A stretch of DNA of 64,000 nucleotides from Microthyrium microscopicum. Taxonomy: Eukaryota. The notes below the pieces were generated by a model. The model searched no databases and had not been told where the DNA came from. It was given only the letters and a program-made list of their open reading frames with translations. Positions within the stretch are counted from its first letter, which is position 1. Each line of letters starts with the position of its first letter. The position numbers and the translations under genes are program-made. Below are positions 21,389 through 33,127 of this stretch, in pieces. Location of the stretch: NCBI GenBank assembly GCA_010405405.1, contig MU004242.1, positions 593,751 to 657,750 on the forward strand. The letters run 5' to 3'.

Positions 21389-23884
21389 TCATCTATTGTT
21401 CCGTCGAGCCATCGCAGCTTGCAGATCATTACCCATGATCTGTGTTGGCTGTACGTCCGTCGTTCTGAAGAAACAGTTCTCGCCATGAGCAGTCTGATGA
21501 TAGTTGCCGTCCCTCGTTACAATCGAGCCCCATGGTGCCAGACATTCCCAGCAAAATTCATGACTGCAGCTACGGCACGTCATGTGAAAGCAACCGCCGT
21601 CTTTCTCGGTGTTGACATTACAATTCTCGCCTGGGCATCGCTTGGTGTTTGCCGCAATCCAATTTTGCGTCTCTCCGTGGTCTGGATCTCCGTGTTCGCG
21701 CTGATTGTCGAATTGCGAGCAGTTTTGGCCTTCATGCCATGGCATTTGGTGCTGGAAGCACATTTGGAATTGACAAGAATCGCAGACGATTTGCTGGGTG
21801 GCAAGGTCTTCTTCGTACAGTTGGCCATTTTGGCAGCCTTCGCGGAGACACCAGCGGAAGTTTTCTTCAGTTGCCAGAAGATTCAGGAGTTGGTAGCGGT
21901 CAAATTTTTCGGCGGTTTCTGGGGTTGCGAGGACTTGGACTTCGTTGTCGGTGAGTTTGCGGTTGCATTGGCAGCAGGTCAGACGGTCGCAGCCGTTACG
22001 GCCGTGGCATTCAAGTTCGGAGGACAGGTTCATTTCGAAGCAGATTTTACATGTCTCCATTGGGTGATCACAACTAAGGATGAACTTTGTCGGGAAGAGC
22101 ATAACTTGCCACATCCATTTGCCGCGGAAGTCTTGACATGTCTCGATCCATTCCTCTTCAGAAGCGAAATTTATTTCGTGATAGGACTCCGTGCAAATGC
22201 AGCATTCTTTAGGTTCAGTGCTGCGTAGGAAGAATTTCGTAAATAGAGGGACTTTGTCGTTCTCGTCATCAAGGTCGCAGTACATGATCTTGCCTGCTTC
22301 AAAAGCACGAGTACGTCCTGTGTCTGGATCAAAAAGGCCTGTCTCTCCTGATTGATCAAAAAACTCCTTCAAGTGTCCACGTTCGTATAAACGTTTCTGG
22401 AGTCTAGAGGCAGTGCTAAGAGCAGTTGCGGTTGGCCGGGGCTCCAGCGCTTGAAGACCCGCTCGAAGTACCGATGCTCGTTCATACGCAGCCGTTATTT
22501 GTTGACCAATCTCTCCCATCGTAGCCACCATGGTTATAAGTTCGCCAACGTGACGGACATCGGAGAAGGCGGCGCAGTTTGGTGCTGGACAGTACAGCCA
22601 TTGCAGTGTATCCAGGTTATGCCACCAATTGTTTTGGACTTTATCAAGGAGAGCGTTGGGAAGGCATTTATTGCATATCGAACTGGAGCAGCACTCTGTC
22701 TGCGAGTATCGAGGGGAGAACTCGTTGATTGCATTGACTGACTGGCTGGCGTTGGGTTTTGTCGCAATCTTTGGAACTTTACAGATTGTGCAAATGTTGA
22801 TCGTGAGAGAGTCTTCAATGCTTTGTCCGGCAAAATGTTGGTTTAGGTTGTCCCTGAATTGAAGCGCTTCTGTGGTCTCGAGCCCAAGGTCTAGCGAATG
22901 GCTATTTAGACTGACGATTGATTTAGTTTCTTTGAAGATTTGTGTTTCTGTGTTATTTTCCGTTGTTGCTGGGAGTGCCAGTTTGGAGAAGCCAGCTCCA
23001 ATGAGTTGAAGCATAAGTACTTTCCGGGCACTGAGACCGTTACATGTAAATGGTTTCAAAAGAGAATTGTCTGTCTTGGCTTTGTCAAGTTCGGCCTTGA
23101 GGCTTTCAACTTCAGACTTCAAATTTTCTTGAACTGAGATGAGGCCCACTGCTCGGTCTTGCAATCCGTCGATTTGGTCATTTTGATCTTGTATTTGGGT
23201 CTCCAGTTCTTGCTGCAATTGTTCTGCTCGCTCTGCACTCTTTGCAGACTCTTTTTTCAGACTGACCACTTCCTGTTCCCGCGTTGTAGCTGCCGATTTC
23301 AAGACCTCGATTTCATTTTCAAGAGACTTTGTGCTTCGCCAGGCTTCAACAACAGGCTCACTGGCTTGCGATAGAGCCCATTTGAGTTCGACTTTGGCTG
23401 AGACAATCTTGTCTTGCTGAATCTGATGTGTCTCTTTGACTGAGACTGCCCATTGTTGATATTCGTCAATGTGTCCACGAAGGTTCTCAATCGTGTCGAG
23501 ATTTGACTGGATTTGGCCTTCTGTCATGGCATTTGTGAATTCTAGAGCCGTGACTTGATGTTGTCGATCTTGAAGCTCCCTTTCGAGGTCTGAGACTTTG
23601 GTGGTGAGATTGTTGTTTTCCTGGGTTATTGAATCGCTCACTGCTTTGATGGCCTCAGCCTCTTCAGCGGCGCTCTTGATTTTTTTCGTGTCAGCATCTT
23701 GTTGATCTATCTGGACGAGTAGCCGAGCCTGAAGATCTTCGATTTGTTTAAGCGCATTGGCTAGAAGACTTTCCTGTAAAGCCTGGTCCGAAAGGCGATT
23801 TTTGGGTTCTTCAGAAAGGTCAACGCTGCTTTTGGTTACACTGACGGAAGGTTTATTCTTCCTCGATCTCAGAAATGATGGCAT
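21389..23884 (-). CDS. RBR (RING-IBR-RING) E3 ubiquitin ligase with N-terminal coiled coil and an extra RING-like domain
   Basis: RING1 ECCIC...CDH...CKIC...CCQC; IBR FRWCLREGC...CDSC...CFQH.MPWHEG..C; RING2 TKRCPG.NC...EKDGGCFHMTC..C.HEFCWECL including the catalytic Cys (GC.H); about 250-aa heptad-rich N-terminus; start MPSFLRS at 23884. Confidence 0.92.
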   Translation of the reverse strand: MPSFLRSRKNKPSVSVTKSSVDLSEEPKNRLSDQALQESLLANALKQIEDLQARLLVQIDQQDADTKKIKSAAEEAEAIKAVSDSITQENNNLTTKVSDLERELQDRQHQVTALEFTNAMTEGQIQSNLDTIENLRGHIDEYQQWAVSVKETHQIQQDKIVSAKVELKWALSQASEPVVEAWRSTKSLENEIEVLKSAATTREQEVVSLKKESAKSAERAEQLQQELETQIQDQNDQIDGLQDRAVGLISVQENLKSEVESLKAELDKAKTDNSLLKPFTCNGLSARKVLMLQLIGAGFSKLALPATTENNTETQIFKETKSIVSLNSHSLDLGLETTEALQFRDNLNQHFAGQSIEDSLTINICTICKVPKIATKPNASQSVNAINEFSPRYSQTECCSSSICNKCLPNALLDKVQNNWWHNLDTLQWLYCPAPNCAAFSDVRHVGELITMVATMGEIGQQITAAYERASVLRAGLQALEPRPTATALSTASRLQKRLYERGHLKEFFDQSGETGLFDPDTGRTRAFEAGKIMYCDLDDENDKVPLFTKFFLRSTEPKECCICTESYHEINFASEEEWIETCQDFRGKWMWQVMLFPTKFILSCDHPMETCKICFEMNLSSELECHGRNGCDRLTCCQCNRKLTDNEVQVLATPETAEKFDRYQLLNLLATEENFRWCLREGCQNGQLYEEDLATQQIVCDSCQFQMCFQHQMPWHEGQNCSQFDNQREHGDPDHGETQNWIAANTKRCPGENCNVNTEKDGGCFHMTCRSCSHEFCWECLAPWGSIVTRDGNYHQTAHGENCFFRTTDVQPTQIMGNDLQAAMARRNNR

Positions 23885-24878
23885 TTTCGCTTGAGTATTC
23901 AACCCACCAGTTTGGGTCAGATGTAACGCTGATATGTACTTATTGGCCGGAGTGAAACGCGAGGAATTGTTGTGTTCTTGTATACTTGGTAGGGTATTAA
24001 GCCTAAGGGACCGGTATTACTAGTACCGTACTTTCTAAAAATCGTGTCCTTGGCTCTCTGGGCATGAACGAAGGTCACATCATGTCAACCAAAAGAACAG
24101 GCCTCAGAACAGACTTATCAGTTGTATATCTTGTGGCTGTTCCCTGTCACGGGTCGTAAGGGAGGATGTGGATGAGTCCGCCTTGTGTTGTTGCAAGAGC
24201 TGGTGGCTTCAAATCGACATGGCACTGCCCACTTCAGAGGATGGATTACAGGCGAAAGTATCGGCTCAAATGGCGGCTTGCCTTTGTTAGTGGTTCTGCC
24301 TTGATAGACGCTGCTGCGGCGCAGCCTTTAACTATCAACATCTCGGCCAATCAATCTCGCTCGTGTTTCAGCCTGATCAAGTTCCGAACGGGCTCAGACT
24401 GACTTGAGAGTTCAGGGAGATTGTTACTGTATCCGACAAAGCTCGTGCCTATATGTACAGCCTCAAGACTACCACTTGCAACATACCTCCGATAACTTTA
24501 AGCATTCTTTTGATGATTTCGAGTATTGTTGCGAGACTGAGACTGCGGAGTAATTCCAAGCTGGGAAACTTTGGCCCCCACTACTTGCGGCTTCTCACGG
24601 CTATTAGATTGAACTTTACTCGTCTTTATTTCGATGACATTACGCCGGAGTATGAACACGATTGTTCGTGCAGTGTTAGTGAAACATTGGACTCTCTGAG
24701 CTGCCTCTTGTAGAATAGTTCGTCCATACAAGTGAGCTTCGGCTTTGACAAGCATTGCATTGCAGATAAGGCTGTTTTCAAGTGACTTCAACAAGTTTGG
24801 TGGGTCTTCCAAGGGTTAGCAAACAACTCTAGCTCCCACTTTTTAGCCGTGGATCGTACTTACTCTACCGTACTCTAC

Positions 24879-25114
24879 CTCTTCGTGAACAAAATAAGTG
24901 AGCCTTTTCGACAGCTACTCCCGTCGATTGCGATGGCTGCCATAACACTTCTTGAAGAGCGATTGCCCTAATTCCCATTAGCGTCGTAAAACTTATATCT
25001 GATTATCAAATATGATGGTAATTATAGTAGCCCCTCTTTAAGAAGTGGTATGGCAGCCATTGCAGTCGATGGGAGTAGTCGTCGAAACGGCTCACTTATT
25101 TTGTCCGTCGAGAG
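24879..25114. mobile_element. MITE-like hairpin element, copy 2 (inverted relative to copy 1), flanked by TCTAC direct repeats
   Basis: ACAAAATAAGTGAGCC ... CGGCTCACTTATTTTGTCCGTCGAGAG ends; spacer matches the reverse complement of the copy-1 spacer (ATTTGATAA...GACGCT...GGAATTAG.GCAATCG); TCTAC on both sides. Confidence 0.85.
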
Positions 25115-25194
25115 TCTACCATTCTTTCGTGAATTACAAACCGGTTGCTTGGATCTCTAGCTTGGCGAGTTCAGCTTTGGTACCCGTAACGAGC

Positions 25195-25208
25195 AAAGTC
25201 TACTCCAA
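25195..25208 (+). repeat. LINE target-site duplication, left copy AAAGTCTACTCCAA (right copy AAAGTCTACTCTAA at 31989-32002)
   Basis: 14-bp direct repeat at both edges of the AT-rich block with one CpA>TpA difference. Confidence 0.85.
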
Positions 25209-25230
25209 TTTGATTTGATTTGATTTGATT
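25209..25230 (-). repeat. (TTTGA)4 pentanucleotide 3' tail of the LINE
   Basis: tttgatttgatttgatttgatt directly inside the left TSD. Confidence 0.85.
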
Positions 25231-28200
25231 AAATCCTAATCCGTTGTAGCTGCCTCAAAATGGCGCTATGTTGGTTATATCTAAAGATCTAAATCTACCT
25301 AAGTAAGTAGTTAAACTACTTCTATAGGTCTAGGTGCTAATCCTCCTACCTAGAAGATTAGGTTACCCAAAATTATTAGTAGGTCTATTTTAATCTTAGT
25401 CTATCCCCTACGACTAGTTAATTAGCTCTTAGGTACAAAGAGCTAGCTATTATATAAGAAGATAATAAAATATATTAAAGATAAATATTAAAATTATAGC
25501 GTTTTCTATTAAAGTTAAGTTACTTATAGTTTAGTATACTAGCACTTTCCTATATATAATAATAGCGATAAGGTATAAGTTCCTCTTTATAATTAATTCT
25601 AATAAAGACTAGATTAAGTTTTTATATTAAGATAGAAGTATCCTATTTATAAACGTAATTTTTATAATTATAAGAGTAAAAATAAGTATAGAACTAAAGT
25701 AAATAAATAAACTAATAAGCGCTAAAGAATTATATAGTATTAAAAAAGAGTAGCCTAAATAATATCTAATAATTATTCTATTCTATATTTTTAAGCTATT
25801 ATAGAAAGAGATATATTATAATAGTAGATAACGTATTAAAGACTATATATACTACTATCTATCTTTACCTTAATACTAATAAGGTAGGTATAGTTATATT
25901 TTAACATCTATAAATTACCTAAGAACGTTTATTTAATAAATAAAGCAAGAAGAGCGTTCTACTTTCTTTACCTTAACTAAGAGTGTCTTTTTATTAATTA
26001 GTTAACCTTATAGCTAGATACTTTTACGTAAATTATTATAATTAGTATAATAAATAAGTAAATAGAGTAGTATTTAATTCTTCTATTTATAACTATAAAT
26101 ACTATCTTCTATAACCCTTATTTTTTTAAGATAGTCTTTAAAAGTAATCTTTTTAGAGTATAGTTAAATAAGTATTATAAAAAAGTATTTACTTATAAAC
26201 TTATAAGTCTTAAGGATACTTTTTATAATAAAAAATTCTTTAATAAATTTAAAAAGATATTATTTAGTAGTTCTATTAGTCTAGCGTTCTTTCTATTCCT
26301 AATTAGTCCTTTAGAGAGTTAAGGTTAATATTACTATCTTAATCCTATAGAGAAATAGTAACGTAAGTATATTAGTAATTAAACCCTTTTAGTTCTTTTT
26401 AATAGTAGCTTCTTTAGTAGCTTTATCTACTAACTTATTCCTCTTAATATTAGTATAAGCTAGTACCTAGTAGATAAAGACTTTTACGTTCTTTCTTTTT
26501 AATACTTTAAAGTACTATATTGCTCTTATAATAAGATACTAACTAGATTTAGCTCTTAGTTTATAGACTACTTTTATAGTACTTTAGCTATTAATAAAGA
26601 TTATAATATCTTTTATAAGAGAGTAGGTAGTAAAAGTAGTATAAGCTATTATAAGAGCTAAGATAATTCTTTATAGTTTAGCTACGTAGTTATTACTTAT
26701 ATTATTATAGCCTATATAGAAATAGATTTTTTTAGTTATTAATATATTATAGGCTATAAAGCTAACCTTACCCTTTATGGCGCTTTTATTAATATAGAGT
26801 ATATATATTATAAAGTCGTTAAGAGCTACCTTAATAATAGTATTATATAATTTAGTTACCTATTCCTTATTAGTAATTATAATAGATATTAACTCTTCCT
26901 ATAAGGAAAATATACTAGGTTTAATAACTTCTAAATATAGAATTATCTCTTATAAGTCTAGTAAGAGAGTAGATAAGTAATAGTCCTATAAAAAGAGCTT
27001 TTTAAGCTTTTATAATAAACTAAGAAGGTAATAATCTTTAATAGAAGGGCTACCCTTATAGTTATTCTATAAAAGTAATATTTTATAGTATATTAGTAAT
27101 ATTTAAATACGTAGAAGCATATTCTCTATAAATTATTTTATAGTTATATTTATTAGTAGTATTATAAGTTAGACTTTAAGCATAGTAATTAATATAGTTT
27201 TAAATGCTCTAGATATATAATAAAGAGCTTTCTTTTAGATTATAATTATTACCTTTTTAATCTTTTTAGCCTTCCTAATTATATTATAGCTATACGCTAA
27301 TATATACTATGCTATTAGTCTATATAGTATTTAAAGTATAAAAACCTCTTTATATAGAGTTCTTAATTATAGTAGTTAAAGACCCTATACTAAGGCGCTA
27401 ACTATAGCTAAAGTACTAATATATTTTTTAGCTTTCTTAACTATAGAGGCAAGATAGGCATTTCTAGTAAGTTTGCTATTAAGTATAATACTAAAATATT
27501 TAATAGTTATTAATAGCTTTATTATTTAGATTGTCCTATTTATAAGTAAGATATAGAGTAATCTCTCTTTATTTACTTTACGTTTATCTTTAGTAATAAG
27601 GTTTTTCTTATTAGTTATTAGGCATAGAAAATAAATAAGTTAATATTTTTCTAGATTAAATACTAAGGTAGACTTAATAGCCTATTACTTAGTTTCTTTA
27701 TATATTTATAAGAGAATACTTATTATTTCTATAGTATTTTTACCTTTAGCTATATAGCTAATATTATTAATAAACGTAGTAATAAGGCGGTCATTAAGAT
27801 ATTAACTAATTTAGACTAATAGAGAGTTATAAATAATATATAGAAGTAGTAAGATAGGTAAGCCTTAGGAAATACCTAATAGTTATAGAATATTAGTAGT
27901 ATTACCTTCTAGAAATATAATTATAGTATATTATCCTTAAAGAGTACTCTTAAAGTAGTTAATTACTACTATTAGTATACTAATAGCTTATAATTTATAA
28001 AATAGTTATAAGTAATTTATAAGGTTAAAAGCGCCTAATTTATTAAGTAGTACTATGCTAATAGTTATTCCTTATTAGTAACTAGTAAGAATCTTTTTAA
28101 ATATAAAGTAGAAAGCATAATTATAAGATAAGGCTTATCTTCCCTTATAGTATATCTAAGGTAGTAGTTAGTATTTCTTAATTAAGTATATAAGTCTTTT

Positions 28201-31200
28201 AGTTAAGACTTTATCTATAACTTTACTTAAAGTATTAAGTAGTACTATAGGTTAATAAGCTTTAGCTATAGTATAATCTAGCTTGCCTAACTTATAAAAT
28301 ACGATGATATTTAAACTCTTAAAATACATTAGGCAATATCCTAGGTCTAAATAGGCATTAAAGAAAAGTATAAGGATCTAAGAAAGCTTATTAAGAGCTA
28401 TATTAATAGCTTTATACTTAATATTGTCTAGGCCTATAGCCTTATTAGGGCTTATTTCCTTAATAGCTTCTACTACTTTATATTAAGTAATTATTAGTAT
28501 TATTAAAGATTATCTATATTAGTAGCCTTAAATATTTAATAGATCCGCCTTTAGTAGCTTTAGAAAAAATATATTATTATATACTTTAGCTTTATCTTCT
28601 ATCGTACGTTATAATTAACCTTTAGTGTTTTTAATATCTAAGATAAAGCTTATCTTTATAGTATTCTTATTCTTTAACTATTTTACTAGTTTCTATAAAT
28701 TATCTATACTCTCTATATTACCTATCTTAGCTTAATAGTAGTCCTAAGATACTTTATATATAACTTTACTTACTTCTTATCTTATAAGTTAGAATTAGAT
28801 AAAGTCTTTATTAAGGCCTATTCTTTAGTATTTACGTTTTATACATTTCTATACTTTAAGTTTCGTAGTATATTCTAAGGTCTATCTAAGGTATAATCTA
28901 GGTTTAATAATACTAATTAGCATAGTAGTTTTAATAGCGTTACTAATTACTTTAATAATACTTTCTAAAGTCTTATTAATCTACTTAGTCGTTTTAAGTC
29001 TTATATCTTCTTCTTTTAAGAGTCTTTAACTTAGTTATTTATAAAATTTATTAAGGTTAATTTTATCTTATAGGAAAATTTTGCGTTATAGGCTTTACTC
29101 TTATAGTAGACTACTAAAGATTATTTTAATTAGAAAGTAATTAGAATCTCTATTTAAGACGTCTACTATATTGCTTTAAATTAGATATTACTATAAGTTA
29201 TAACTTATATAACTAAGGTTAATAGTAGATTCTTTAGTTACACTATTCCTTATATTTATAGGTCTTATAATAGTACTTACTTTAAAGTTAAGTAGAAGAC
29301 TATTCTTTTAGAGTATTTCTTAAAAGATTTTAATATATTTTAGATAATAAGTTTTTATTCTATATCTACCCTATTAATAGTAGTATATATTTAGATCTCT
29401 TATAACTATTACGCTATTAGATTATTACTAGTTATATTAAAGTATAAACATAAGATAAGGAAGAATACTATATTATAGGTTATTAACGCTAGTAAAAGGC
29501 TTAGTGCTACCTTTATAAAGATTATATATATTATAGATCGTTACTAAGTAGTTAAATAGCTATATCTTAACTACAGTAAGATCTAAGCTAAGGTATATAG
29601 TTTAGATATATAAAAAAAAAATAGAGTTACTTATAAAAAGATAGACTTAAGTTATTAAGGAAAGTAAGTAGAATAAATAAAATTAATTAGCTATTAGATT
29701 AGTAATTATTAGTATATTTCTCTATATACTTTACTATAGTTCTTATACTACTATAATATTATAACTCTATATCCTTTCATCTATAAGTACTTCTTTTATA
29801 ATCTTAATATTCTTTCTTATATTAATTTATAAGATATAGAGTTTATCTTTTATATTAGTAATAGTATCATCTAAGGTATTATTATTACTTATTATTATTT
29901 AATTTTAAGATAGTACTTTAAGTCTTTATACTTATTAAAGTTATTAACTTTTTATTTAATAGTACTATTAAAGATAAGGCTTTAGTTAACGCTATAGTGC
30001 TCTTATAATTAAATAATTTATTAACTTTTATTAAGGTACTTACTACCTTATTTTTATTCTATTCTTCTTTATTAGTACTAAAGCTAGTTAGCTTATCCCC
30101 CTTTAGTTCCTATAGCTTAGAGCCTATTAGTCCTAAGCCTCTTTCCTACTTTTTCTTTATAAAGAAAAATATTAGTAACAAGCTATTAGAATCCCTTTAC
30201 CTTTTAGAAAGACTTTTCTTCCCGTTTAGGATAAATCCTACTAATAATAAGACAGAGAATAGTCTATATAGTATAGTTAGCCTTACGCCTATTAGCTTAG
30301 CCTTAAGAATCATTACGTTTATACCTATAAAGACTAAGCCTTTTAATATAGTAGCTTTTATAGTTATAGGTTTTACCTTAGCTAGTAGTAAAGCTTTTAG
30401 CTTTAGTAGAGCAACCTTTAACTTTACGTTTATATTTATCTTAGATATTACTATTAGTAGTAATAATATCTATTATAGTTATATTTCTATAGGTATTAGT
30501 AATAATTTTTTTATTAGTATAGTTCTAAGTAGTTTCTTTAGTATTTCCTTAAGTAATATCTTTTTATTAATTCTTATAAGCAGTTTAAATAGCAATAAGC
30601 TTATCTTAGTAAACTCTAACTAATATATATTCTTAGCTAGTATAGCCTTTACTTTTACTATTCTCTCCTCTTTCTTCTTATAATCTTTATATACTATTAA
30701 CTACGCTTTATATAGCCTATTATAGAGGCAACATTTTAGTATATTATTTACTAATTAATAAGCTAAGGTTAAATAAGTACGTAAAGCATAATAACTATAG
30801 TAATCACTCCTAGGACATTAGATTCCTATATATCTATATTTATAATATTTAAAACACCTTTTAATTTTATAGTCCCTAGCATATCTTTAAACTCTTTTAA
30901 TTCCTCTATTCTAATTAAGGGCCTTAGCATAGAGGACGTTATTAGTAGCAAATAGAGTTTTAAAGTTAAGTACTATTAATATATCTTTTTAGGTTACGTT
31001 TAGCTTCTTAAGCAAGAAGAAGTTATTAATTAGGTATCTATAGAAAAGTTCTTAGTTTTAATAAGTCTATTTCTTAATAATCTTTAACTTATCCTCTTTA
31101 AGGCTTTCTATATTTACGCTATATATAAGGACACTATAAATAGAAATCTATATATCTACATATACACCTATAGCCCTTTATTATTTTTCCTTATAAATTT

Positions 31201-31988
31201 AGAGGATCTCTACTTATATAGCTATCTTAGCAAATAGCTAGACGTCTCTACTTAGAAGGAAGTAGGCAGTAATAATTTTAGCTTAGTAGAGAAGAAAAAA
31301 GAAGAAGTTCTAAATCATTTTATTAGCTTTTTTAATAATATCTTATTTATAGTTCTTAGTAGTATAGAGTATAAAGAACTATTCCTTATTATTAACGCGT
31401 ACTATTAGAGTATAATATTTAGGTACGTTACTAAATAGAGAGGTTAACGTTAGTTTAGATTAGATTAAAGAAGGTAATAGAGCTAAGGCTATTATATTAG
31501 CCTAAGTATATACTCCTTATAGTTTAGTATTAGGGCTTTAGGTATTAGATTTAGGCACGTTAATATTATATTTAATAACCTTTATATTAGTTTTTAACGC
31601 ATTAGTATTTTCTCTAATCTAATTAATAGCCTTTAAAATATTACTTATAGTAAGTTCCTATTCCTATTTTTTAAAATAGTTATTAATAAAGTAGAATAGT
31701 AGTTCTAGTTTATACTAGGGACATAATTTTTCTTTATTTTCTATAGTATTATAAATAAATTTAGTAATATTATTAATCTCTATAATAATATTAGATCTAT
31801 ATGTCTACAAGTTTAGATCCTTAACATCCATAATAAGCTACTACGCCACCTTGCTTATTACTAAAAAGAGTTAGATAAGATTCTTCAGAGCTAGAAAAGT
31901 ATTTTGTAGTATTTATTAGGTAGTAATTCGTAGCGGTAGTAGAGTTAGAGCAAAAAGTAGTTTTAGTCACGAAGTTGTTGTTTTTCTT
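25209..31988 (-). mobile_element. Full-length non-LTR retrotransposon (LINE, Tad1-like), heavily RIP-mutated and non-coding
   Basis: Very AT-rich and TpA-rich; de-RIPped minus-strand motifs: ORF1 zinc knuckles RCFKC.KYGH...C at ~30770-30860; endonuclease ILQ.NV.K at ~29830 and SDHFPI at ~29135; RT GIPQGSPISPLLY at ~27835-27878 and FIDD at ~27765; RNase H GNELADKAAK at ~26410-26445; (AATCA)n 3' tail; 14-bp TSD. Confidence 0.93.
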
Positions 31989-33127
31989 AAAGTCTACTCT
32001 AAGAATCTATTCTTTAGCAACGTGGCCTTGGCGAACCAAGATATGTAGACTTGTGCTCCGCGTGATGCAGTTGTTTACGCTCTAGAGAATACCCACTTTC
32101 AGCTCAATCGCTTGGTAAGCTGGTATTCAATCAAGACTGTAAGTGTTTTTTGCTATCGTTGTGTAAAAGATCTTTCAAGTTTGTCTTAATTCTCTGTAAC
32201 GCTGAAAGCTAAGGGCAGAATTGACTGCGTCTGTCTCAAATATGAGAATGTGTTGAAACATTCTAGCCAGAAAGTCTCATATTTGATTGAAGCATTCTCC
32301 CAACGAATCGTACATGTGAATATTGAGCCCGACCACGCTACCGTAAGGCCTTTGATGGTATTATCCCACAACAATATTTATGGTTTCCAAGCCAAGACGC
32401 TGTGTTTGGCTTCAGGGTACCGAATCAAATTTCATCTATCTGGTTCAATCGGTTTTTGCTTCTAGCTTCTTACTTCAAGCTCACTGGCACAGATATTTAC
32501 ACAATTCGCATGAGCATTTTGAGAATCATCCTCCGCTAGGACGAAAACGAAGGATACAGGCTCGGGTTTTCTTGCGTGAAGGTACAAACCCAAGCACCGA
32601 AAGTTATATACCGGAAGCATATTTGTCGTCGACACTCTTGGATCTTTCCGTGTGATTCGTTAAAAAGAATCGCTTCGTGACAATAAACCAGTGATATATA
32701 ATTTGCTCAATTCATAACACCCATGTATCAATATACAGTGTCTACCTGTCATGTTCGAAGTCAGGATGGAGGTATTTTCGTCTTCGAGTCTATTTGTGAA
32801 GGGCATTTTATGCTGAAGTACATGATATCATACATGCCCTTAAAAAAGATTTACGGTATTTTTAGCGCTTTCTAAGTACTAAACCACGTATGGCTAGCAA
32901 CAATTTGACACGATGCAAAAGAAAGTTGTACCACGCGTGGCTTGATCGTTTTGGCTGGTCGTTGGGCTGAGTCTGGAACATTACCCCTGAAGAAGAAGTC
33001 AGGACTCAACACCTCCGACTTCCAAGACCAGAACCGCTTTGAAATGCTTGAATAACATTATTTTCCTTGCGAACCGATCCTATCGCCCGAATTAGAGTAT
33101 TGGGTCGTTATCAAAAGCTCTGTAGTC

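Noticed and set aside
21419..22228. Long antisense ORFs (21419-22228, 5220-5840, 35115-35714, 38989-39471 and similar)
   Set aside because: They shadow well-supported genes on the opposite strand and show no motifs of their own
25209..31988. AT-rich block as centromere, mitochondrial insertion or foreign DNA
   Set aside because: De-RIPped EN/RT/RNase H/gag motifs, tail and TSD explain it fully as one LINE
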